The notes beneath the pieces are model-generated. The model was not told where the DNA came from. It saw only the letters and a list, made by a program, of their open reading frames with translations, and did no database searches. A program made the translations under genes and the position numbers. This document shows positions 53,761-63,258 of a stretch of DNA of 64,000 nucleotides, one piece after another. The stretch is from assembly GCA_965237525.1 (NCBI GenBank), contig CBDEFO010000007.1, positions 288,001 to 352,000 of the forward strand, in the 5' to 3' direction. The stretch is from Candidatus Latescibacterota bacterium (GTDB taxonomy: Bacteria; Latescibacterota; CBDEFO01). Each line of letters opens with the position of its first letter. The first letter of the stretch is position 1.

Positions 53761-55536
53761 CTATGCGGCTTTGTTTGCGTCCTTTTTGCCTTCTTCTGCA
53801 TCCATGCGTTCTTTTATGTGCAGGACGAAGTTAGATGCAACGCTTACGAATCCTTTCTGATGAGGAACCTTGTACATAGGCCGCTTGAGTTCGGGGTGTC
53901 TTTCAACGTAGTCTTTGACGTCCGCTACTGCGAGCCCGGTCTTTTCGAGGGCTTCTTTGAACTCGTTCTTGGCCTTGATCTTCGCCTCTCCGAGTGCCAT
54001 TTGTACTCTGGAGTGGGCGTTAATCTCGCCTTCACCGGACGTCTCAACAGGGAGGTAGATCATGTCCTTGTACTGGGATGTGACTGCGGCTTGCGCGCCA
54101 TCGCTCTGAGTGCTGGGCATGCAGCCGAACGGCTTCATGGAGAGCACCATGTGACAGAGGTCTTTGTTGCTGTAGTAGATGTTCTTGGCGACCTCGAGGT
54201 GCCCTTCACCGCCTCCTGCTCTGGAGTTGTAGAAGGTGTGCCCGAGCCTCTGGAGCTCGTACTGGTCGGTGAGCCCGTGAGCTGTACCTCCCAGGGCTTC
54301 GCGGATCTTATCGTATTCTCTCTTAAAAATCTTCTCTGCAATTGAAAGGGTTCCCAATGTTTTCCTGTAGGCAAAAGCGTTGGAGAGGCGCCCCCGGAGA
54401 TTCCACCACTCGGGCGGCTCTTCGCCTTCCTTTATACCATTTCTGTCCACTGTCTCCTGCTTTGCCTGGTGAATCATGTACGTAATCCACGTCCCGATGG
54501 GCTCTACTAACACCTGAGCGTTTTCTCTTTCCAGGAAGCGGAACATGTTGAAGTTGCCGTCGCCCTCTGTGGTCTGCGCCCAAAACTCGCCCGTAATCTT
54601 GACTAGAGGCTTGACTCTGGTGCGGTCCACATCTATCTCATTGAGGCGATCTCTGACCTGTTCAAGGGCACTGATGTATTTGTCGCCGAATAGCTGCTCT
54701 AGAAATTTACCTAGATATAGAGATTTGTCGAAGACGCTGGGGAACTTTTTCAGAAAACTCCCAATTTTTCCTTCTAACTGTAAGGGTTTTTTGTTCTTTA
54801 TTACGTCATGCATATCGTCCATGCACTCCTTCATGACCCTTTCTGTTTCCCCTTCGTTCACCTCGTAGGGCCTAATCTCATAGCACACTTCATTTATTAG
54901 ATCGCCCATGTTAAGGGCGTTGAGTATTCCGAGGAAGAAGTCGAGGTTCATCTCAAGTCCGGCTTCGACCTCCGCCTGGTCGAGTCCGCCGGACTGCGAG
55001 AAGAGGAGGACTCTGAAGCCGTCGAAGCCTGAATTTCTAAGGGCGAGTCTATATTCGGCTTCGTACATTCCGAACCTGCATGGACCGCACGCCCCTGCGG
55101 TGAAGAAGACGTAGTCATCAATTATGTCTTTCCTGTCCATCCCCCCTTCCTCCAGCTTCTGGAGGTACTGGACGAGGTTGCCTACTGTGAAGTATGTGGG
55201 ATTGCACTGTCCGTTGTTGCCGTATTCCTTGCCGAGTTGGAAGGCCGCAACATCGGGGGTGGGAACGCTTTTGCACTTGTAGCCAAGGGATTCTAAGGCT
55301 CCGTGAATCAGGTGTTCGTGCTTCCAGGTGAGCCCGCCGAAGAGGATAGTCGTGTGATCTCTTTGATCGGCGGTGAAGGCGTTTTCTACGGGCTTTTCGA
55401 AGTGGTGTATATGCTTCTCTTCGATTCCTTCCTTCTCCATCAACCGCTTTCTTTCCTCTTCGAGCTTCTGCCGTATATCATCCTCGATTGAGGAGATCTC
55501 CAGAAGTCCGCCATTTACGATTGGCTGGGTCGCCAT
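53761..55536 (-). CDS. PlsR-like 2-hydroxyacyl-CoA dehydratase/reductase partner subunit
   Basis: QCNPTYF, GACGPCRFGMY, GGEG, PFGCMPS; directly upstream of the PlsA-like gene. Confidence 0.78.
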   Translation of the reverse strand: MATQPIVNGGLLEISSIEDDIRQKLEEERKRLMEKEGIEEKHIHHFEKPVENAFTADQRDHTTILFGGLTWKHEHLIHGALESLGYKCKSVPTPDVAAFQLGKEYGNNGQCNPTYFTVGNLVQYLQKLEEGGMDRKDIIDDYVFFTAGACGPCRFGMYEAEYRLALRNSGFDGFRVLLFSQSGGLDQAEVEAGLEMNLDFFLGILNALNMGDLINEVCYEIRPYEVNEGETERVMKECMDDMHDVIKNKKPLQLEGKIGSFLKKFPSVFDKSLYLGKFLEQLFGDKYISALEQVRDRLNEIDVDRTRVKPLVKITGEFWAQTTEGDGNFNMFRFLERENAQVLVEPIGTWITYMIHQAKQETVDRNGIKEGEEPPEWWNLRGRLSNAFAYRKTLGTLSIAEKIFKREYDKIREALGGTAHGLTDQYELQRLGHTFYNSRAGGGEGHLEVAKNIYYSNKDLCHMVLSMKPFGCMPSTQSDGAQAAVTSQYKDMIYLPVETSGEGEINAHSRVQMALGEAKIKAKNEFKEALEKTGLAVADVKDYVERHPELKRPMYKVPHQKGFVSVASNFVLHIKERMDAEEGKKDANKAA

Positions 55537-55549
55537 ATTGCACCTCTCT

Positions 55550-55616
55550 TCTCTATTAAGGTTGTCTACTGGTTGTCTACTGGTTGTCTACTGTTCTATT
55601 AAGGTTGTCTACTGTC
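55550..55616. repeat. Tandem GGTTGTCTACT units in the leader of the plsR-like gene
   Basis: CTATTAAGGTTGTCTACT GGTTGTCTACT GGTTGTCTACT GTT CTATTAAGGTTGTCTACT. Confidence 0.85.
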
Positions 55617-55643
55617 GTTTCTTGCTCTTTTTCTGCTACTATG

Positions 55644-56069
55644 TCAAAAATTTACTATCCCTTGTGAACCGTATTTTAGTGTCTCATCTACAATTGAGTT
55701 CAAATCGAGATTGTTTTTTGCATCGCTTCTGACTACGGCTGTGTATATCACTTCCTTAACAGTACCTATGATACAGGAGGATACGACATGGACATTGCAC
55801 TCCCTAACTATGCCCATCTCTATTCCCAGTTTTAGGGCAGAGGCTACCATCCCGTGGAGTTTATCATCGAATTCCTGCAACTTTCGGTTGAATTCTTCAT
55901 CTACTCCGCTTGCGTGGTCGAAGAGTATCTTGGTGAGTTCTCTGTTTGACGACAGGAACTCCATAATTATGAAAATGTTGTCTCTTAATTGTTGACGGGG
56001 TTCGGGAGCATGAGGTGAAAGATCTATTCTCTTTATTTTGCCTGAAATCTCGTCTAAGACATGGTCTAA
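55644..56069 (-). pseudogene. TetR/AcrR-family regulator lacking its N-terminal HTH, cut by an IS
   Basis: Frame stays open from the TTAG target site: LDHVLDEISGKIKRID...QLRDNIFIIMEFL...ELTKILF...GIEMGIVREC. Confidence 0.7.
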
Positions 56070-57588
56070 AAGCCTTGTGAAAAACCCTTAGATTCAGAAA
56101 ATAGTATAAAACAAGCATTGATAAAGCAGCTCCGATGTATTATATTATGTTATTGATAATATTATACATGGAGGAAACAATGACCCCACAAAAGCAGGAA
56201 CAGACAAATCCGATGTTTCACTATTTTCAGATGGAGGATTTAGTTCCCGAGGATCATATCCTTCGTCAGATTGATGAGGCAGTTGATTTTTCATTTGTAC
56301 GAGACGTTGTATCAGATTGTTATTGCCCTGACAATGGCAGACCCGGTATTGATCCTGAATTAGTTGTTCGAATGATCCTTATTGGCTATCTGTATAATTT
56401 GAGTGAGAATCGGCTCTGTCAGGAAGTGGGGATGCATGCGGCATATCGGTTGTTTTGTCATCAGACATTTGATGATGCGGTTCCGGATAGGAGCACGATC
56501 AACAAGCTTCGCAATCACAAGTGGGCATCCAGTGGGTTGTTTGAACGGATAATGCGTCAGGTAGTCCAGTGTTGCATAGATGTCGGTCTTGTGAGCGGTA
56601 AACACCTTAGTGTCGACGGCACTCAGATACAAGCTGATGCTTCAGTGAAAAGTATTGAGCCGATAGAACCCCCTGTTTCTCTTGATGATTATCTCAAGGG
56701 AATCGGTTTTGAAGGTGATAAGACAAAGGGTAGGTCCGGGCATCCTCAGGATAAAGACTTTCATGGTGAAAAGTGGACGAACCAAACACACCGTTCGACT
56801 ACAGACCCCGACGCGCGCTTATACAGCAAATCGAAGGGCAAAGGGGCTTTTCTCTCGTTTATGGGCCATGATCTGATCGACACAAAAAGCAGAGTAATCC
56901 TTGAGACTCAGGGCACGCAGGCGACAGGGACAGCAGAGCCCGAAAGTGCCCTTAAGATGGTAGATGACCTTGAAACATACACCATGCCCAAAGACATTCA
57001 GACACTTAGTGCCGATACCGGTTACGGTTCTGGTAATTTTATCGCTGATGTACTTGACCGGGGAATCATACCCCATATTCCTCTGCGAGCCGATGAGAAG
57101 ATTGAACCGATTCCTACATGGAAAAACAAGACAAATCCAGCACATATTCAGGCCGAACGGGATAGAAAAGTGCGAGAGGCGAAAGCCAGAAATCATGCAC
57201 GGTCTATCTCATTAACAGCTGACTACAAACTCTCCCGGAGACTCCGTAAACGCAGTGAACATATCTTTGCTGAAGCCAGGCAACAATACGGTATGGGACG
57301 AGCCCGTTACAGAGGACCAGCCTCACTGAATGAACAGTTGAATCTTGTTGCAACAGTACAGAATCTCAAGAGGCTTGTATCTTTCATAAGAAGGGGGAAA
57401 GCGTCTATGTGTGCCCTGTCTGTCAAAGACAGTGCATCCTGTTCTTCAAACAGCTCCTATTCCTTGCTGACCAGAACTCTGATAAGACTATTTTGCTTAT
57501 TCCACAGCAAAACGATACGATATGCTACTCTTTGACCCATAATCGGCGCTTCAGACGCTGCCTGGGACATAACTATTTCACAAGGCTT
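56070..57588 (+). mobile_element. IS1182-family insertion sequence, copy 1 (1519 bp)
   Basis: 13-bp terminal inverted repeat AAGCCTTGTGAAA/TTTCACAAGGCTT, flanked by CTAA direct repeats. Confidence 0.92.
56135..57535 (+). CDS. IS1182-family DDE transposase (likely start 56180)
   Basis: VPEDH, GRPGIDP, PDRSTI, VDGT, TDPDA, ADTGY, EHIFAE. Confidence 0.9.
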   Translation: MYYIMLLIILYMEETMTPQKQEQTNPMFHYFQMEDLVPEDHILRQIDEAVDFSFVRDVVSDCYCPDNGRPGIDPELVVRMILIGYLYNLSENRLCQEVGMHAAYRLFCHQTFDDAVPDRSTINKLRNHKWASSGLFERIMRQVVQCCIDVGLVSGKHLSVDGTQIQADASVKSIEPIEPPVSLDDYLKGIGFEGDKTKGRSGHPQDKDFHGEKWTNQTHRSTTDPDARLYSKSKGKGAFLSFMGHDLIDTKSRVILETQGTQATGTAEPESALKMVDDLETYTMPKDIQTLSADTGYGSGNFIADVLDRGIIPHIPLRADEKIEPIPTWKNKTNPAHIQAERDRKVREAKARNHARSISLTADYKLSRRLRKRSEHIFAEARQQYGMGRARYRGPASLNEQLNLVATVQNLKRLVSFIRRGKASMCALSVKDSASCSSNSSYSLLTRTLIRLFCLFHSKTIRYATL

Positions 57589-57796
57589 CTAATACGAGAC
57601 AAAAAAACTTCCGAAGTTATGTAGCTATTTTTGAATCTATGTCATACTCCACGGCTGTAAGACCTCACATAGTCTGCATCGCCGTTATTCGTATATCTGC
57701 TGGGGACCCGCGCGCCACGCGCCTTAAGTCGAGTCGTGCCGAGCCCCTTGACAGATTCTTAATTCAAGCGATAGCTTCCTCCAGTTCGAGTTCAGG

Positions 57797-59670
57797 TTAA
57801 CGTTTAGGTATCTCAATTTGAAGGAGGCTGTCTTTGTCAGTAGGGACTGCGCTAGTTATAGGAGAATCATATTCGGGCAGGGGTACATCCCTCATGTTGG
57901 CGTAGACCGGATGTCTGCCCTTTTCCTTGAACCAGTCGCGCGTGGTGGCGTTCATGAACATCTTCTCGATTATCTGCCTCCACCCAACGCCGGTGTTGTA
58001 AGCGCAGAAGGAAATTTCTCCCATCTGCGTGGCGTAGGGGATAATGCACATCTCTGTGCGGCGGAAGTCGTAGGTGAAGAGGTCCTGAAACCACATTCCG
58101 GCGATGAAGAGGATTAGCCACTCGTCCTCTTTTCTGTTTTCGTTGTCTTCTCCTCCGAGCTTGCCCCCAAGTGACCCCCCACTCTGTTTGTCAAACTTCT
58201 TCAGCAGGTCTCTGAGTTTGAAATTTCCGGGCGCTTTGTCGGGGTTGTAGTTTCTCAGAAGTGAAAGGGCAATCTGGAATTTGGTTAGCGCCGGGCCTCT
58301 GTTTGTGTCGGTCATGACTTTTATGTCTTCAAAGAAGCGTTCGACGTTTATGACCTGGGGGAGCGGGGCCCACTCTTTTGTATTCTCTTGTTGACCAGAA
58401 GAGCGGTCGAGATACCGCAGTTGGGATGGCATCCGCACTTCATCGTGCCCCAGTCTGATCCCGCTCCTTTTATTAGGTCTGTCAGATCTGCAATTGCTCC
58501 TGCGGCTGAGATGGGGAACCAGTCCCTCAAGGGCTCGGTGATGCCTGTCTGCGTCTTGGCGTCGTGCGCAAGGTGAGACAGCGTGTATCTTTGTCTTTCT
58601 CTCAGTTCGTCTGTGATGTCTTCGTCTCTTCCCGTGAAAGATACTGGCTGAAAGGCGATAAAGCTGATCTTGTTGGCGTTTTCGACTGCAAAGTCTATAA
58701 CAGGTCCGACCTGGTCGTCGTTGATCGTGTTGACTATAGTAACCACCAGCACGACATCTATTCCAGCTTTGTAAAGGTTTTCGATTGCCCTTAATTTAAC
58801 GTCGAAAAGATTGCTGATTTTTCTGTGGGCGTGGTTCTTGTTTCCCACGCCGTCGAACTGGAGGTAGGCGATCCTCAATCCCGCATCTCTGGCCTTCTCG
58901 GCAAATCCTGGCTCCTGTGCAAAGCGTATTCCGTTTGTAGCAGCCTGTATGCTGAAGTAGCCTATCTCTTCGGCGTAGGCTACTGATTCCAGGAAAATGG
59001 GCGAGATGGTGGGTTCCCCGCCTGAGAACTGGATGGACATTTGCCTTTTGGGCTTAATAGTAAGTGAGTCGTCTAATATCTTTTTTATCTCATCAAACGT
59101 CAGTTCGTGGACGTAGCCGACCTGGTTTGCGTCCATAAAGCAGGGATCGCACATCATATTGCAGCGGTTGGTCAGGTCAACGGTAAGGACAGAGCCTCTG
59201 CCGTACTGGATGGAGGATGTGCCATGGTTGTGAAGGGTATCTGTGATCGCTTTGAAGTCCCTGCCTGGATAGAGCCTTTCGATGCGATCGAAGAATTTGG
59301 GGTCTATGGATATTGTGTCCGTGAAGAGCCCGTGCTTAGGACAGGTCTTCTCCATTACTATCTTGCCGTCCTTTTGGAGGATACTAGCTTTGATCTCTCC
59401 GGGGTGCCCTTCAGTCAGGAGGCTCAAGTCCTCCTCGCCGGAGAGTATCTTTTCCCTTACCTCTTTGACGCACTTGGGACAGAGAGAGTCCGTCTCTCTT
59501 GGCCAACCTAATTTGGGTCTGGAACGTTCCTTGCTCTTCATAAGGGGCTGGGGTGCCCACTTTGGCTGAACAGGATTACCAGGCTTAATTCTATTGAAGG
59601 TCTGAAAGATAGTCCACGTCACTGCTGCTGTTCTGGTAAGCGCAAATTCTAAGGCTTTGGTAGTGTTCAT
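57797..59670 (-). pseudogene. Tetraether synthase (Tes/GDGT-MAS, MJ0619)-like radical SAM protein, split by a frameshift near 58385
   Basis: SLCPKC...KTCPKHG, DLTNRCNMMCDPCF, QFSGGEPT, YLQFDG, FQPVSFTGR, GCHPNCG, MWFQD, MCIIPYAT...SFCAYN. Confidence 0.78.
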
Positions 59671-59941
59671 GTGTTCTCCCCCAAATTTGAAGAACTTCTC
59701 TTTACCTTTTTAAGGTTTCCCTACTCTTATGAAACTGATCAGGCTCAAGTCCGTTGCTTTCACTGCTAATAGTTGCTATTTCCATTTGGTGCGTGTACTT
59801 GTCTTATCCGTCACGCTCGCGATAATTATACCTGTTTGTAGAGACAGAACAAAAGTATTTTCACTTAACAGGCGTTTTACACGTCTTTTCGGTCAGAATG
59901 TAGGCTGAATGGTTCGGCATAGTAAAGTTATTGATATTTAG

Positions 59942-61460
59942 AAGCCTTGTGAAATAGTTATGTCCCAGGCAGCGTCTGAAGCGCCGATTATGGGTCAAAG
60001 AGTAGCATATCGTATCGTTTTGCTGTGGAATAAGCAAAATAGTCTTATCAGAGTTCTGGTCAGCAAGGAACAGGAGCTGTTTGAAGAACAGGATGCACTG
60101 TCTTTGACAGACAGGGCACACATAGACGCTTTCCCCCTTCTTATGAAAGATACAAGCCTCTTGAGATTCTGTACTGTTGCAACAAGATTCAACTGTTCAT
60201 TCAGTGAGGCTGGTCCTCTATAACGGGCTCGTCCCATACCGTGTTGTTGCCTGGCTTCAGCAAAGATATGTTCACTGCGTTTACGGAGTCTCCGGGAGAG
60301 TTTGTAGTCAGCTGTTAATGAGATAGACCGTGCATGATTTCTGGCTTTCGCCTCTCGCACTTTTCTATCCCGTTCGGCCTGAATATGTGCTGGATTTGTC
60401 TTGTTTTTCCATGTAGGAATCGGTTCAATCTTCTCATCGGCTCGCAGAGGAATATGGGGTATGATTCCCCGGTCAAGTACATCAGCGATAAAATTACCAG
60501 AACCGTAACCGGTATCGGCACTAAGTGTCTGAATGTCTTTGGGCATGGTGTATGTTTCAAGGTCATCTACCATCTTAAGGGCACTTTCGGGCTCTGCTGT
60601 CCCTGTCGCCTGCGTGCCCTGAGTCTCAAGGATTACTCTGCTTTTTGTGTCGATCAGATCATGGCCCATAAACGAGAGAAAAGCCCCTTTGCCCTTCGAT
60701 TTGCTGTATAAGCGCGCGTCGGGGTCTGTAGTCGAACGGTGTGTTTGGTTCGTCCACTTTTCACCATGAAAGTCTTTATCCTGAGGATGCCCGGACCTAC
60801 CCTTTGTCTTATCACCTTCAAAACCGATTCCCTTGAGATAATCATCAAGAGAAACAGGGGGTTCTATCGGCTCAATACTTTTCACTGAAGCATCAGCTTG
60901 TATCTGAGTGCCGTCGACACTAAGGTGTTTACCGCTCACAAGACCGACATCTATGCAACACTGGACTACCTGACGCATTATCCGTTCAAACAACCCACTG
61001 GATGCCCACTTGTGATTGCGAAGCTTGTTGATCGTGCTCCTATCCGGAACCGCATCATCAAATGTCTGATGACAAAACAACCGATATGCCGCATGCATCC
61101 CCACTTCCTGACAGAGCCGATTCTCACTCAAATTATACAGATAGCCAATAAGGATCATTCGAACAACTAATTCAGGATCAATACCGGGTCTGCCATTGTC
61201 AGGGCAATAACAATCTGATACAACGTCTCGTACAAATGAAAAATCAACTGCCTCATCAATCTGACGAAGGATATGATCCTCGGGAACTAAATCCTCCATC
61301 TGAAAATAGTGAAACATCGGATTTGTCTGTTCCTGCTTTTGTGGGGTCATTGTTTCCTCCATGTATAATATTATCAATAACATAATATAATACATCGGAG
61401 CTGCTTTATCAATGCTTGTTCTATACTACTTTCTGAATCTAAGGGTTTTTCACAAGGCTT
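59942..61460 (-). mobile_element. IS1182-family insertion sequence, copy 2 (1519 bp)
   Basis: Same terminal repeats; TTAG at 59938-59941 and 61461-61464. Confidence 0.92.
59995..61395 (-). CDS. IS1182-family transposase
   Basis: Two amino-acid differences from copy 1 (QQHG, SSCS). Confidence 0.9.
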   Translation of the reverse strand: MYYIMLLIILYMEETMTPQKQEQTNPMFHYFQMEDLVPEDHILRQIDEAVDFSFVRDVVSDCYCPDNGRPGIDPELVVRMILIGYLYNLSENRLCQEVGMHAAYRLFCHQTFDDAVPDRSTINKLRNHKWASSGLFERIMRQVVQCCIDVGLVSGKHLSVDGTQIQADASVKSIEPIEPPVSLDDYLKGIGFEGDKTKGRSGHPQDKDFHGEKWTNQTHRSTTDPDARLYSKSKGKGAFLSFMGHDLIDTKSRVILETQGTQATGTAEPESALKMVDDLETYTMPKDIQTLSADTGYGSGNFIADVLDRGIIPHIPLRADEKIEPIPTWKNKTNPAHIQAERDRKVREAKARNHARSISLTADYKLSRRLRKRSEHIFAEARQQHGMGRARYRGPASLNEQLNLVATVQNLKRLVSFIRRGKASMCALSVKDSASCSSNSSCSLLTRTLIRLFCLFHSKTIRYATL

Positions 61461-61488
61461 TTAGTGTCTTATGCTCTTAAACTTTTGC

Positions 61489-61517
61489 TTGACTTTGCAT
61501 CGCCATAGTGTTATACT
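61489..61517 (+). promoter_or_regulatory. Near-consensus sigma70 promoter with extended -10
   Basis: TTGACT-17 bp-TATACT, with TG at 61509-61510. Confidence 0.7.
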
Positions 61518-61526
61518 ATTAGCCTG

Positions 61527-61634
61527 TGTGTCTGTCCCTGAATAGCTACTCTAGAAATTTACCTATATGTCGAAGGCGATGGGGAACTTTTTCAGAAAAA
61601 CTCCCAATTTTGCCTTCTAACTGGAAGGGTTTTT
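61527..61634 (+). repeat. Degenerate copy of 54675-54791 (internal to the plsR-like gene)
   Basis: GAATAGCT.CTCTAGAAATTTACCTA...TGTCGAAG.CG.TGGGGAACTTTTTCAGAAAA(A)CTCCCAATTTT.CCTTCTAACTG.AAGGGTTTTT is shared. Confidence 0.88.
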
Positions 61635-61704
61635 AGAATCACCGTATCGATACTTCTTGTCCTTAAGTAAGGAGATACTTGATGTGTTTTTTGATAGGTA
61701 TTAG

Positions 61705-63224
61705 AAGCCTTGTGAAATAGTTATGTCCCATGGCAGCGTCTGAAGCGCCGATTATGGGTCAAAGAGTAGCATATCGTATCGTTTTGCTGTGGAATAAGCA
61801 AAATAGTCTTATCAGAGTTCTGGTCAGCAAGGAACAGGAGCTGTTTGAAGAACAGGATGCACTGTCTTTGACAGACAGGGCACACATAGACGCTTTCCCC
61901 CTTCTTATGAAAGATACAAGCCTCTTGAGATTCTGTACTGTTGCAACAAGATTCAACTGTTCATTCAGTGAGGCTAGTTCTCTGTAACGGGCTCGTCCCA
62001 TACCGTGTTGTTGCCTGGCTTCAGCAAAGATATGTTCACTGCGTTTACGGAGTCTCCGGGAGAGTTTGTAGTCAGCTGTTAATGAGATAGACCGTGCATG
62101 ATTTCTGGCTTTCGCCTCTCGCACTTTTCTATCCCGTTCGGCCTGAATATGTGCTGGATTTGTCTTGTTTTTCCATGTAGGAATCGGTTCAATCTTCTCA
62201 TCGGCTCGCAGAGGAATATGGGGTATGATTCCCCGGTCAAGTACATCAGCGATAAAATTACCAGAACCGTAACCGGTATCGGCACTAAGTGTCTGAATGT
62301 CTTTGGGCATGGTGTATGTTTCAAGGTCATCTACCATCTTAAGGGCACTTTCGGGCTCTGCTGTCCCTGTCGCCTGCGTGCCCTGAGTCTCAAGGATTAC
62401 TCTGCTTTTTGTGTCGATCAGATCATGGCCCATAAACGAGAGAAAAGCCCCTTTGCCCTTCGATTTGCTGTATAAGCGCGCGTCGGGGTCTGTAGTCGAA
62501 CGGTGTGTTTGGTTCGTCCACTTTTCACCATGAAAGTCTTTATCCTGAGGATGCCCGGACCTACCCTTTGTCTTATCACCTTCAAAACCGATTCCCTTGA
62601 GATAATCATCAAGAGAAAAAGGGGGTTCTATCGGCTCAATACTTTTCACTGAAGCATCAGCTTGTATCTGAGTGCCGTCGACACTAAGGTGTTTACCGCT
62701 CACAACACCGACATCTATGCAACACTGGACTACCTGACGCATTATCCGTTCAAACAACCCACTGGATGCCCACTTGTGATTGCGAAGCTTGTTGATCGTG
62801 CTCCTATCCGGAACCGCATCATCAAATGTCTGATGACAAAACAACCGATATGCCGCATGCATCCCCACTTCCTGACAGAGCCGATTCTCACTCAAATTAT
62901 ACAGATAGCCAATAAGGATCATTCGAACAACTAATTCAGGATCAATACCGGGTCTGCCATTGTCAGGGCAATAACAATCTGATACAACGTCTCGTACAAA
63001 TGAAAAATCAACTGCCTCATCAATCTGACGAAGGATATGATCCTCGGGAACTAAATCCTCCATCTGAAAATAGTGAAACATCGGATTTGTCTGTTCCTGC
63101 TTTTGTGGGGTCATTGTTTCCTCCATGTATAATATTATCAATAACATAATATAATACGTCGGAGCTGCTTTATCAATGCTTGTTCTATACTACTTTCTGA
63201 ATCTAAGGGTTTTTCACAAGGCTT
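61705..63224 (-). mobile_element. IS1182-family insertion sequence, copy 3 (1520 bp)
   Basis: Same terminal repeats; TTAG at 61701-61704 and 63225-63228. Confidence 0.92.
61759..63147 (-). CDS. IS1182-family transposase
   Basis: A few substitutions relative to copies 1 and 2 (GVVSG, PPFS, RYRELAS). Confidence 0.9.
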   Translation of the reverse strand: MLLIILYMEETMTPQKQEQTNPMFHYFQMEDLVPEDHILRQIDEAVDFSFVRDVVSDCYCPDNGRPGIDPELVVRMILIGYLYNLSENRLCQEVGMHAAYRLFCHQTFDDAVPDRSTINKLRNHKWASSGLFERIMRQVVQCCIDVGVVSGKHLSVDGTQIQADASVKSIEPIEPPFSLDDYLKGIGFEGDKTKGRSGHPQDKDFHGEKWTNQTHRSTTDPDARLYSKSKGKGAFLSFMGHDLIDTKSRVILETQGTQATGTAEPESALKMVDDLETYTMPKDIQTLSADTGYGSGNFIADVLDRGIIPHIPLRADEKIEPIPTWKNKTNPAHIQAERDRKVREAKARNHARSISLTADYKLSRRLRKRSEHIFAEARQQHGMGRARYRELASLNEQLNLVATVQNLKRLVSFIRRGKASMCALSVKDSASCSSNSSCSLLTRTLIRLFCLFHSKTIRYATL

Positions 63225-63258
63225 TTAGTAAGGATTTTAGATAAAGGATTGCAGAAAA

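Noticed and set aside
50154..55536. Benzoyl-CoA reductase or fermentative 2-hydroxyacyl-CoA dehydratase
   Set aside because: The fused double-activase plus DUF2229-type layout fits PlsA/Ger better, and no pathway partners are nearby; not fully excluded.
55550..55616. CRISPR-like array (also 47326-47365 and 37500-37530)
   Set aside because: Units are 7-19 bp, have no unique spacers, and there are no cas genes.
57700..57777. GC-rich hairpin and TTGACA-18-TAGCTT as an ncRNA or antisense promoter
   Set aside because: No recognisable RNA family and a weak -10 element; it may simply be a terminator-like hairpin.
54675..61634. 54675-54791 and 61527-61634 as a DGR variable/template repeat pair
   Set aside because: Differences include indels and are not adenine-specific, the target is mid-gene, and there is no reverse transcriptase in the window.
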